DNA of 54,003 bases, the filler included, from Bipalium vagum (Eukaryota): the NCBI GenBank assembly GCA_037834085.1. It is 3 parts of 3 records of this genome, joined end to end, with 100 filler letters (N's around TTAATTAATTAA, not from the genome) between each part and the next. Parts side by side here need not be neighbours in the genome. Positions count along the whole stretch, not along the records: positions 16,659 to 35,721 come from JBBMKC010007831.1; positions 35,822 to 54,003 come from JBBMKC010037636.1; 1 more part is not named here. One strand, 5' to 3'. The notes under the pieces were generated by a model. The model worked only from the letters and a program-made list of their open reading frames with translations, was not told where the DNA came from and searched no databases. Numbering within the stretch: the first letter of the stretch is position 1; every line of letters starts with the position of its first letter. The position numbers were made by a program, and so were the translations under genes. Of this stretch, positions 28,701 to 40,843 are shown piece by piece.

Positions 28701-31700
28701 ACGTAATATTTAACAGATTCCTTAAAATTGGAAGTGTCTTTAATGAAGGCATTGTCAACCAAGGAAGGGTGGGAAAATTTTGAATGAAAAGATTAATCAA
28801 CTGATGCAAAAAAGTCCAACACACCACTTAGACTGCTATCCAATGAATGTAATGCTTCACATGAAGCAGTTCATAAAGGAATCTCCATATTGGATCAATA
28901 GTTGACAGAAGATGATTTTGACAGTTTTTTAAGGAATTCCTAGTTCTAATTACCTGTTATACAAATCTTTGTAGCCTTATTTTGTGAAGTGGCGAGGCTA
29001 AATTTCATTATGACGACTGTGTGAACCAATACAACAGATTTTGTTGGTGCTCAGACAACCTCATTTGATAGTGGAGAAGTCGGTCAACTAGTCAGGTGTT
29101 ATAACCTAGGCTTGTGTTTATATTGATTAATGAAGATCCGAAAATAACAGTAAGGGAGATTGAAAAAGAAACTGGTCTATTAGAATCACTATGTGCAACA
29201 ATCATCAGAGAATATCTGGAACTGAAAATGACACCATCCAAATTTGTGCCTATGCAGCTCAGTTCGACCCAAAAGAGATCCGTCTGGACCGAGCCTTAAT
29301 GTATATAAATAAATTACATGTATATAAAAAATATGTATTACTTGTTCTGCTTAATTGCGAATGTTCACTAATGTGTGTTTTGAGGTGATGCTGTGTCTTC
29401 CTTATGTACAGGTATATATAATTTATTATTAATAACTTTTATTATTTTATTTTTATGTTACTAGTTTTAAAAATTATCATTCTATTTCAACGGGATTCTT
29501 TAAAAGAATTATATAAAAAAATGAAAAATAGTGACTACTATTTCCTTCTGTCAAGGAAATGAGATATTTTATCATTTTGATTTTGTATATTTAATGTATA
29601 TTCGTATATTTTGTATATTCATAATTATTAAAACTTAAATAGGTCGAGTTTCTAGCAGAAATTCAGGAGAAATGAGTTCTTTATCTGATGATCGACGAAA
29701 GGTTGGGAGATTCGGGGATGTTAATTATTACACGGAATCGGTTATTCCTGGCTCGGATTTGGAGCCAGAAGCGGTTCGATTGGCTTTACGAGATGTAACA
29801 CAGCACATTGTTACCATTGAAAAAGAAAGAGATGATATGGAAATAAGGGCGAAGAATGCAATTTTAAAAAGTGAAGATGCAACCATTCAACTTGACGAAG
29901 CTTTGCAGAGAATAAACCAATTGCAAAAGAATTTCGGAGAAGTTGAAGAAGGTAATTAAAAAAATCGTTTGAAATTTTGAAAATGAAGTTCAAATTTTAG
30001 ATAGAAAAGGAGTAGATAGTCGACTGACCAGTGTCCAAACTGCTTTGATGATGCAAGAGGAGACCATTCACAGAACGGAGCGTGAAAGGAAAGGTTTGAT
30101 TGATAAAGTTGGGAAGCTGGAAAGGCAATTGTCCCACGTTGAAACGGAGAAAAAATATTTGCAAGTAAATAGTTTATTTTTATCTCTCTTACCTAAAACG
30201 TTCAAAAATTGATCTTTAAACTTTGAATATTCATTTTTATGATATTATTGATTTGTTTTATTTTTATCGTATTTTTATTTGTATTTTTGCATTTCTTTTA
30301 AAATCATTTAAGCATTGATTCTTTATGAAGGTTGTTTTCTTGGATGGAAAAATGAGACTTTGTTTCTTTCATTTAATTTGTGAGAAAGCTCCATTGAAAT
30401 CGTTTTAAAATGATATAAAGATAAAAAAATAATAACAGTAAAGTTTTTTAAAAAATATTTTTCAATCAATCTTTCTATTTTGGGCAAAATTTACAATATG
30501 CAAAATCCTTTACTAAAACGATGTCTGACAGGACAGTTCTCTAGCACTCATTTACTCCAGGGAAAAGAACATTTTTGAACATTTTTGAACATCTTTGATA
30601 TTGTGTATTGGAATTTGTTATATTATTTTTCATTTTTTTATTATTATATTTTATATATTATATTTTGTGTTATATAATTTTTTCATTTATCCTATACTAA
30701 TACAATTCTAATACAAAACAAATAAATTAAAAATAATAAGAATAAAAAGCAAAAATAATAATAATAAAATACCATGTTTTCATAATATTATATAAACTCT
30801 ACACAATAAATAGTTTCTAGTTAATAAAATAATTTTATTTTAGCTTTTCTCAAAATTTAGTCCTTCTCCTTAAATAAACCGTAATCATTAAAAGATTTAA
30901 AAGATTTGATACTAAATTAATTAATAAATCCATATTATATGTTAATAAATATTATTATTATTATTATTATTAATTTTTTTTATAAAAGATATTTTTAATT
31001 ATATACTTATAATTTGGAGCTTCTCAAATTTATTTAGTGAAAACTCCCGGTTGCCTTAATTATAGAATATATTATGTCAAAACATTAATTTTTCATTATC
31101 TTTTACGAGTTTATTTAATTATTTTTTTATGTTGTGTTTGGAAATGAAAATCAATTATTTAAAATCTATTTTCCTTTTTTAATAATGTTATATATTAATA
31201 GTATTCTGTACCATTTTAGTAATACAGTCTGTTAATGGACATCAAAAGTTTTCTTATCTGGGACATAATATAAAAGCACGTAACATTTTCTGCAGCCTTA
31301 AATTAATATTTTTATTAAATTAATATCTAAGAGATGGTTATCGCTTTTCTACGGTATTGAAATATTTTCCACGGCAAACTATTATTTAATATTTTCCCTT
31401 TATAACGAGTCAGTCACTAAACAAATGTGAAAACAGAATTTTGATCGCAATACTTTCGCAGACTGAACATAACCGAAATGTCATGGGGCCATATCGGAAT
31501 TTTGATCTTGACCTATTTTTTTTTACAAAAGTTTTACAAACAATAATTATTTTGTAAATCACAAAAGCACCTAAATTTTATAACTATCATAATCATTCCT
31601 CCGTTATTACAACCCTTCCATGATATTGTGTATATTTAATTTTCTGTTAATAACATTTCGTGAAAATGTGTTTCATTTTTTCTACTTAATTTATGTTATT

Positions 31701-33865
31701 ATATTTATTATTATTATTATTATTAAAATTATTATTATTATTAAAATTATTACTTATTATTAAATATATAATAATAATTATAATCATAATTTATAAGTGT
31801 TTTATTAATTTCTTAAAATTTAAAAATGCGTACTTACAGATATATGTCTAAGTAGTGTATAACAAATAAAATTCAATAAGAATATTTACTGAAAAACAAT
31901 ATTTTAGAGATTTTTATTAATAATTATAAAACATTACCAACATCATTAGTGTAATTATAAATTTTGAGATCATTGATTTATGAGAGAATTTTTAATTTTT
32001 TAAATAATTAAAATATTTTCTGCCTGCACTGTAGTATGATAATTATTATAATTATTAAGTAATTATTTGAATTTAATATTTAGTATTTTTAAATATATTT
32101 TTTTAGTAAATACATTAAATTTATTGTTTTTATTTTTGTTAATTATTTTATTTTACTTATATTTTTTGATAAATATTTGTTATATAATATAACTGACCAA
32201 CATAAGTTTTGGAAAGACATCTGATTTTTAATTTTTATTAATTATTTCAATTCCTAAACATTTTTATGTGGATTCCTGCGCGTTATTCACTTTTCATCTT
32301 CAGTCACAATCCATTTGACCAATGATTCTTTAAAATGAAGTTTAATGGAATAGACAATTCTTCTAATATTTGTATAAGATCTGTTTCTACAATAGCCTTT
32401 AACATTAGCATTTCATCGTAAACATCTTTGATATTTTTAGTGCTACGGTGGCATTTGATTCCAATTTAAACTCATACAGCATACAATGCAGAATATGAGC
32501 GTCATTTAGGAAATGTTCATTCATTTCTAAATACATTAAATAACTTTAATACGAAAGTTTGTTAAATTATTGTTTATACTTGACATCAATCTTTGATTTA
32601 AATTGAATTTCAAAGTTTTGATTATTATGGACCATATAAACAATATTAAATATTATTAAAAACTGACTTTAAATTTGAAAACCCTAATATAATAATAATA
32701 ATTATTATAAAATTTTTTTAATTATCAGTTTTAATATAATTTTTACTAGTTTTTTCAAAATATTTCAGACTTTTTAAATTCATCAGTTCTCCATATAAAA
32801 ATAATAATTAATTATCCTGAAAATTATAATTAATAATAATTATTTAATTAAGTATAAGTAATAATAATTTATTTATTGTATTTGAAAATTACAAAATTTA
32901 TACAAAATTCTAATTAGTATTTTTCAGGAGCGTGTTGATAAATTGAGAAATGCAGAGTCCTACCATGAAGAAGAACGGAGAAATCTGATTAAATCGGTAG
33001 ACGATGCTGAAAATCGATGCACTCAGTTGGAATTGCTTCGAAGAGGATTGGAAGGAGAATTACAACGTCTGAAAATGGGATTTAACGATAAGGAAACCGA
33101 GAATCAAGTATGATAGCTCAAGTGGTTAAAAATGAAACTTGCAACGGTCTTTTCTTGAATTCTAGGTGCTACGGGATCGTATCGACTCTTTATCTAAACA
33201 AATTTCGGATCTGGAATCAAAAGCTCAAAGTCTGCAATTAACAGTGGACAGATTGTCCACCAATCTTGCAAGAACTGAAGAAGAAGAGAATAGCCAGAAA
33301 GACAAAGTTCACAAGCTCAATTTATCATTGAGTGAAAATATCAATAATTTGCAATATATGCAAGAAAAAGTTGTGCAATTACAGAGTACATTGACCAATT
33401 CTGAACACGATCGACGACTCCTTCAAGTAGAATTGTTGTTTGACTTTCCGTCTCATTGTGACTTGTAGGAACGATTGGAATGTCTTAAACACAACCTTTC
33501 AGAATCGAAATCTCAGAACCACACGGTTCTAGATCAAGTCAAATCTAACCAGGAAGAATTGATGGAATCAGAGGCCCGGCGGAATGAGTTGGAAGGAGAG
33601 GTAAAAAGATTGAGTCAAATTTTAAACCAACGACAAGAAGTTGAACAAGATCTGCAATCGAAATTAAATCGATTAACAAGTAAATATATTTTGGAACAAG
33701 AAAAGTTATTTGGGTCGAAATTTAGTGGAGAAAAAATTATTAAGTGAAAGATTGAGTGGATTGTCTAATTCACTTGCAGGACTTGAGTCCGAAAGGAAAG
33801 ATATAGAAAAGGTACATATAAAGTCGGAAAAAGAGAAGAATTCCCTGAAAAAAGCACTGGATAAG
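16733..33865 (+). CDS. CROCC: rootletin (ciliary rootlet coiled-coil protein), 16 internal exons, both termini missing from this scaffold
   Basis: Phase-consistent GT-AG exons: 16733-16888, 16936-17253, 17402-17585, 17635-17708, 19686-19915, 21259-21501, 23380-23555, 23607-23792, 26003-26222, 26547-26998, 29643-29951, 30001-30164, 32928-33107, 33166-33426, 33469-33679, 33726-33865. Long coiled coil with rootletin-like segments RSPSPGR, DLEPEAVRLALRD, DRKGVDSRLTSVQTALMMQEETIHRTERERK, LQLTVDRL, LTNSEHDRRLLQERL and LKKALDK. Confidence 0.9.
18795..19116 (-). other. candidate antisense exons nested in a rootletin intron
   Basis: A 138-nt AG/GTAAGA-bounded open segment 19116-18979 (VKKESSEKLKENDGDSVTRFKNTLVVRFEAYKCAEELEYFQNNLP, phase 1-1) is followed by a phase-compatible 17-nt exon 18811-18795. 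No recognisable homology. Confidence 0.3.
29100..29300 (+). mobile_element. mariner N-terminal HTH fragment
   Basis: INEDPKITVREIEKETGL..TIIREYLELKMTPSKFVPMQLS resembles the second HTH plus the WVPHEL linker. Confidence 0.75.
32270..32525 (-). mobile_element. internally deleted mariner remnant
   Basis: HILHCMLYEFKLESNATVA (first HTH) followed shortly by WIVTEDEK* (IVTGDEKW-like). Confidence 0.65.
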
Positions 33866-34543
33866 GTGATTTTTTATATTTTATTATTTACTATATATGA
33901 AAAAATTATATTTAAAGTCGAAGGAATATCTAAATTGATTAAAACCAGTTTTATATAAAAAGTAATGTATAAAATTTTTTCCTGTGTTTAAAAAATTTAA
34001 GAAAGGAAAGTTAAATTAATTAATTAATAAAATTAGTAAAAAAATTAACAGAATTTATTTAATTTTCTTCATTTGTTGTTAAGTTTGAACAATTTAAAAC
34101 TTTATTATTTTAATATATGCACATTTCATACAAATCTCCAGTAATTATACAAAAGAAAAGTGGTAAAAAGTATGATCTGAATATGTTTTTAAAAATTAAT
34201 GTTTAATATTGGCCTAAATTAATTATAAAGGTTCTGTTTTTAGGAAATTAAAAATTATTTGTGGAAGCATAAAAGTAAAAAAAGAAAATTTCTGTCTAGC
34301 ACTTGAAGGACACGAGAATTAAAAAAAGAAAGAATTATTGTTTGTATCTTTATACAGTACGATCATACGTTATTGCCACACCTACAAATATGACAATATT
34401 TCCTGGTATTTGTATAAATTTAACTAAGGCTTTGTAATCTAATTCAAAGTTTATAAATAATTACTTTAGTTAAATATTTCCAACTGAAATTTATGACAAT
34501 TAGAATTTTATTCAAGAAAGAATGAAAAATGTACTTTTACATA

Positions 34544-34969
34544 CCATAGATATCCGAATATAAGTTGAGGGGAAAAATGGGAAATTCTGTGAAAAACCGT
34601 ATGACTCTTATATAAGTCGAGGTAAAAATATATGTCTGGGTAGTTTCCTCTTTCGTACATTTGGAAAATGACATAAAATAACAAGGAAAAAATGTCAATC
34701 TTTTGATACTTTATTGCAAAATATTCGTAATAATATTTATATATTTTTATTTACAAACATAGCACCATAGGTAACATTTATTCAAAATCACAATATTCGG
34801 AATCTGAGTCTGATTGAAGAAGTTGCAATGCCTGCTCATTAGTCATATGGTCTGAATAGAAGTCGTCATTACATTGGTTAAAACTGCTATGACTCTTATA
34901 TAAGTCGACCCCATTTTTTTCATCAAATTTCATAGAAAAAAACCTCGACTTATATTCGAGTATCTACGG
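34544..34969. mobile_element. MITE / non-autonomous pogo-like element, 426 bp
   Basis: 27-bp TIRs CCATAGATATCCGAATATAAGTTGAGG and CCTCGACTTATATTCGAGTATCTACGG (23/27 match), TA flanks, and subterminal repeats TATGACTCTTATATAAGTCGA near 34600 and 34888. Confidence 0.85.
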
Positions 34970-35721
34970 TAATATTTTTTTGATTGTTGAGAGTGACTAA
35001 AGAGTCATTTTTAGTCAGAAAACATGATTGTAAAGTAAATAATTTTTTTTGTATTTAACATAATTACGTTCTTTAAACATATGTCTCATTTATCTAATTT
35101 GAAGGACAGTGTTATTAATAAAGCCAACCAAGAGATATTTTGTGCTTTTTAGAAACGGTTTCCTAACTGCAACCACTATTTCATATCATTGTATTAGCCA
35201 GCACTTTGTCAGCATGATTATTTGTGATTCTAAAAAAGACTTCTTGAAATTAAAGTCTTCTTCATTTACAATTCAAACAGCGCCATAAATGCGATTTTAT
35301 TTGCATATTAAGAGATTATAATACAAAAATAACAACTATCTGATGAGTTCAATATATTTTTTATTAAAAAGTAGATAAATTTAATAAATTTCGAATTTCA
35401 GATCTACTAGGACTCATCTAAAATAAAGATAAAAACTAAAACATTCAATTGTAAATTATATATCATACAATCTTTAACATTATCGCATTTTTATATTCTC
35501 TTAAAAATATTCAAAACATTTCGCTTAGTGTTTTAACTGACGTTTATTTGGATTAATTTTGAATTTTAATGAATTTAGAAATTTAATATTTTTCAAACTA
35601 AAACTTTAATAATTTTCATTTGTTAATATATCAGGCTGTGTAGCATGAAATTTGTAGGTAATGAAATTGCCAACTTTAATTGTTGTTTATTTGTTATCGG
35701 CTTGATATTTTACCATTCTGT

Positions 35722-35821
35722 NNNNNNNNNNNNNNNNNNNNNNNNNNNNNNNNNNNNNNNNNNNNTTAATTAATTAANNNNNNNNNNNNNNNNNNNNNNN
35801 NNNNNNNNNNNNNNNNNNNNN
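35722..35821. other. artificial scaffold linker (44N-TTAATTAATTAA-44N)
   Basis: Exactly 100 nt, with the six-frame stop 12-mer at 35766-35777. Confidence 0.95.
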
Positions 35822-36040
35822 TTCCTTATATCACCAATAGGTACAATTCAAGTTATGTCCGAAATGTATCTGTCAGTACCGTCAAGAAAATTCTGAAAAA
35901 ATATGGTTTTCTAAATTATACAGCAATTAAGAAGTCTTTTTTGAAAATGCATCAACGACTCAAAAGACTTTCCTGGGTTAAGACTTACAGTACTTGGGAT
36001 GCAGATAAATGGGAAGATGTGGTATTTAGCAATGAGTGTT
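35822..36040 (+). mobile_element. Tc1-family transposase fragment
   Basis: VSVSTVKKILKKYGF..AIKKSFL..RLKRLSWVKTYSTWDADKWEDVVFSNE is a Tc1 HTH-to-catalytic-domain segment. Confidence 0.85.
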
Positions 36041-36377
36041 TTATTTTAAAATTTTAATTTTAAAAATGTACAAGCTCCACACATTAAAAGTGTACAGGTC
36101 AAAGATTCGCTTTTAAAACCATATTTTTAGAATTTCAATTAGATAGACAGAAAAACAGAAAAATCGTAAATAAAAATAATACACTAAATTTTGATTGAAA
36201 TTTTTTAAAAGTTAAAATAAAGTTTTTCTTATGGATTATTAATATATTTTTTCATTATTAAAATGTTATATAAAAACAAGATTTGGAATTATTTATTGCT
36301 CATTTCAAAAAAAAACAAAAAAGAATTGAGTTTATTAATCATAAAAATAATTTTTTGTTAAAAATATTCATTTTCAA

Positions 36378-36700
36378 GAATTATTAATGATGGAAAAATA
36401 AATATTTGGTGAAATAGAGGAAATGCAAGTTTTCGACAATTTAAGAAAGCATTTAGTCGGTAATGTTTATGTTATCTATCGCCTTGAAGAAGACGCAGAA
36501 AAAGTGGTCAATGAGCTAAGCTATCGATGATTTGATAAAAGGCGATCTTCGATGAATTTTCTTCTGTTACGGATTTTTGTGATGCTCACTGTGCACAGTA
36601 CCAGCAGAATATGTGCATCGTAATTTTATTCACTTTAAAAAGTTAACCCGAGATGCAGAGAATCAGTTAAGATCTTACTTAAGGATTAAGAAAAGGTAAA
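36378..36700 (+). pseudogene. U2AF1: U2AF small subunit (U2AF35) pseudogene fragment, intronless
   Basis: FGEIEEMQVFDNLRKHLVGNVYVIYRLEEDAEKVVNELSYR*F, then after frameshifts SSVTDFCDAHCAQY and NFIHFKKL. This matches the U2AF35 UHM and second CCCH finger, with stops and a deletion. Confidence 0.88.
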
Positions 36701-37559
36701 GATCCAAGTGAAATTCGGTTTAAGAAGACGAAATGATGAAAGGTGTGATATTTACGAGTTACAAAACTATGACGGTATTCATAATCTGCCAAAACTTTGG
36801 AAGTATGTTGTTATGAATGATGGGAATTATTCTACATAAAAAATTTTTAATGTAATTGTTTTTTTTTACTTTATATATATCAACTTTTTAGATTTCAAAA
36901 TGGCAAGATCAAGCTTGTAGACGTAATAATATAACACGTTGTTTTATATCATTCTTTTGATTTTTATTTAAAACATATTAACTTTTCTTATGTTATTTTT
37001 ATAGAAAATAGGTTCTCAATTGAAAATATTATAATGATTAATTATATTTTTGAGAAATTAATAATGTTGATAAAATTATTGCTTAGCTTTCGTCATAAAT
37101 TTAGAGACATCACTGGTTTTATTTTGAAAAAGAAGTAGGAGAATTCTTTCAAGCTGTATTTCAAATAACATATGTTTACAATACAATTACCAAAGAAAAG
37201 ATCCTTAATGAAATTATTAGGTCTAGCATTGTAAGATATAACCTTGAACGTGACAGCAATGCGATTTTACCAGGTCTAAATACAGTACTTGATCTATTAT
37301 AGAATTGATGTCTAATAGTGTGGTATCATTATTTATAGATGGTATATTCGGAATTTTCTACCAATGAAGGACAATTAAACTCGGAAACGCTAAGAGTTAG
37401 AACTACATTTCTTTTATTTTAACAAATAATTTAGAAAAAATTTGATGTACATTCAAAACACTAGCTGAATATTTGTTTTTTAAAAAATTTTAAAAACTAA
37501 TTTTTTTTAAACTGAAGTCTTTCGGTAGTAATTGGATTTAATAACCAAAAAAATTCCTA

Positions 37560-38113
37560 ATGAAAATTAAATTGATATTATTTTTGTTTTGAAAGGGTTT
37601 TTTTAACTGACGATGTAACATGACCAGATCCTTTTTGCACTGAATCCAAGAAAGGAACATGGAACATATGTCCTGGACCCTAAATTTACCGGCCATTAAT
37701 CCGAAAGAAAATTTATGAGGAGTGATTTTCTGTCAATAAAGTTTATGAAGGCTAAAGACAATTTCAGTTCATTAAGGAGCTGAAATCTGCTCTTCTCCGT
37801 TCTTGGAGAACATTGAAAACCCAGTGAATTCTATGTTACATAGAATTTCTCAAGTTATTAATTATCACGGATGTACCATTAAATTTTATTAATTTATTTT
37901 TATTAAACTTTTTCACGTTCAAAGTTTAAAATTCATTTTTTCAGTGTCAATAAATATTATTCGTTTAATTTAACTCAGTTCTTATTTTCTTGTAATTAAA
38001 ATTTTCGGTGTAAATTCAAAAATAAGCTTATAAATTTTTAGTTAGTGTGAAAGCTTAGTATTTAGCAGGATATATAAGATTTCTAGGTGAAGGAATAAAT
38101 TTGTTTCGCAGTG
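37560..38113 (+). mobile_element. Tc1/Tc3-like transposase C-terminal remnant and right end
   Basis: KVYEG*RQFQFIKELKSALLRSW..VNSMLHRISQVINYHGCTIKF. Ends in CAGTG|TA, the usual Tc1-type terminus. Confidence 0.7.
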
Positions 38114-38949
38114 TATATTGAACATTAATATTTTGATTTCATTGAAATTAATTAATGGTAAACATTATAAATGTACAATTATAATTATTTTTTAAAACCC
38201 ATCATTAATAAAATTTCGAAATCAGACAAAATTGAATCTTTTACTTTTATTAAGCGTCTGGATGAAATGAAGATGAGACCAACAGCCTACTTAGAAAAGC
38301 TTTTAGTTATTGATTGTTGTTAATTAATTTATTTAACATATTTCTAAGAATAAAAAGAATGATCCTAGAAAAGCAGTCCATTTTCTTAATCGAAATGTAG
38401 CCATTATATCATTAAAGAATTATTTATTTCTATTTAAGGATACTAGATTTTCAAATATTTTAGAAGATTTATTCACAATCCCAAAAGTAAGAATTCATTT
38501 AAATAGTTTTATTAAATAATAAAAATTTTCAATTATGTTTCGATTTTTTAGAAAAATATTTACATTAGATGAATTACAGATACGCAAGCAACTCAATATG
38601 TATTTCGAACTGACAAGGGTATATAAGCTAGGTGTGATCTGGCACTTTCATGATAAAATTTAGCTTTGTTTTTATACGTTCGAAAGATTGAACAAACACC
38701 TGAATATTTGAAAAATGATTATTTCAATTTAAAATTTTCCAGTATAAAAATGAAAACGAAACGTGATAATTTACTCGTCATAGTTTTTAATGATTTTTTG
38801 GTGAATTATCTCAACAACAGTTCACAAATCAACTTAGTCTTTTGCAGATAAAACCCACTATATATTGTTGATTCAAAGAATTTGATACTATCATAGTTTA
38901 CTTTAAATTGTGCCAATAAATATTAAACCCGTTTTCGATTTATGAGTAC

Positions 38950-39225
38950 ACGGTATATATTTCTTTTCAAGTTCAAATCTTCTTTTTTATGATCTTTATC
39001 GAGTGAAGGGCTTATTCATCTTTTTCTGCTATTTTTAACTATGGCTGTTGAATAGGATTTGTTGGACCTTGTTGGATTTGTCTTTTACCAATTTGCAAGC
39101 TTAATTCAGATATTATTTTTGATGAGGCTGATTTTTCATTAAGAGCATTTCAAATAATAGCTCGCACTTATTGATCTTAATTTTTTGTTATTTTTATTGT
39201 GACCTATGACTCCATAATTTTTCTT
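38950..39225 (-). mobile_element. Tc3-like N-terminal fragment
   Basis: Minus-strand VRAII*NALNEKSASSKIISELSLQIGKRQIQQ resembles the Tc3 second HTH, heavily decayed. Confidence 0.5.
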
Positions 39226-39802
39226 TTATATTGTGACATTAGTAATAGTAGTATTAATAATAGCATTTTTCTATTTCATAGGAAAATAATGCTTGCAAAC
39301 TGTTTACTGATAATTTCGACTTTTTAATTGCATCTCATCATTCATATAAATGAAAATCTTACGATTATTTTTTTTTCTATTATTTTTTCAGTTAACTAAT
39401 TCTATTAGTATTTTCTTATTATATGGACCATATTAATATATTTAATAAAAACAATTTCCACAAGGTTTTTTAATAAACTTAGTTTGACTTTATTTATTTA
39501 TTACATAGTTTTTTATTAATTTAATAAAAGTTAGATTTTCAAATTTTCAAAACTCGACTATTAGATTTAGAGTCAGATAATTCTTACTTGATTAATATTA
39601 ATATATTAACAGAAGAAATGAAGTAAAAATATTTTTTATTTCTAGCAAAAAAGATTACATTTCATCCTTTGAATTTCAAAATTAAATAAATTACTTTTAT
39701 CTTAATTTTAACATTTCTGCATTTACATTACTATAAATATTAAATTTACTAAAATCTTAATTTTCTTTTCGATTTCCTCTAATTTAACTATTTGATATTC
39801 AG

Positions 39803-40772
39803 AAATCCATTGGTGATTTTGAAACTTGGGTTTGTTTAATGAGTTAAAATTGATTCATGATTGTTTATTTGAGATAGCATCCAGAGGAAACAAGAATGAT
39901 GTCAGTGGTATTTTTATATTTGAACCATAAATCTTTTTCATTATTAAACTTTAGGGATATGGCTATGTTCCCACTAAAATTATTAGGAAAGTAAAATTAT
40001 ATATTTATACAAATATTATTTTTAAAATTTATTACGAAATTTTTGTTTTTATCTATAAATTGTTATTTTATTTCTGTTCTTAACTCTTTAAAAAACAGAT
40101 GTCAGAAAATCTCTTGGTAGAATCTATTCATAATTTATTAATTGCACGGTTTTTTAAATTAATTGAATATAATTTAACTAGTACATTTTAAATTTTCATA
40201 TTTAACTCACGTAATTTATTTTAATTTTATTTTCACAAATTTATGTATGATATTTTAATTTTGATTATATATTTTAGAGAAAATTAATACTGCAGCATCT
40301 TAATGAAGTAACACATTAATAATAAATGAGAAATTTTCAATTTTTTATTTTTCAGGATGATGGATCAGATTTTATGGTTTATTTATTTATTTTTTATTTT
40401 ATTATTATTTTATTATTTTATTAAGAATTATGAAAAGAAGGTATGATTTATATTTTTTTTATATTAAAAGGTTATAATCCGCAAATATAACAATATACTA
40501 ATCAAATAAAATCTCAAAGAGATACTTTTGTCTAATGCGAAAAATGATTATTATTAGGTTAAACTGTTTTCGGATTATTTAAATTATGATTTTAATTGTA
40601 GTATTATTTTTTAAACTTAAGTTATTATTTTTAGAAAATATCTCACCCGTTAACAGTAAATTTAATACAACTAATTGAAATTATTATGATTATATTTTAA
40701 TCAATGTAGAAGCCATTAGAAAAAGATGAATACAAAAATGAAGTAATTATTTTTAATTTTTCAATTCAATCT

Positions 40773-40843
<71 letters not shown>

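Larger units (their letters stand above)
37105..39464 (+). pseudogene. candidate 5' phase-0 exons of the micro-exon gene, partly disrupted
   Basis: AG/GT-bounded 3n segments: 37105-37284, 37339-37395, 38255-38305, 38349-38396, 38439-38486, 38580-38618, 38687-38800, 38848-38895 (one internal TGA). Also 39282-39353 (ends in a stop) and an ATG segment 39423-39464. Several spacers are 42-54 nt. Two Tc1 fragments interrupt the region. Confidence 0.45.

Noticed and set aside
32270-32312. CTGAAGA on the minus strand as a possible hammerhead
   Set aside because: No GAAA box or stems. It is the IVTEDEK coding motif of a mariner remnant.
39623-39645. 23-nt GT-AG intron that would join 39531-39622 to a KKDYISSFEFQN* segment
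   Set aside because: Far shorter than any well-supported intron in this window (minimum about 42 nt).
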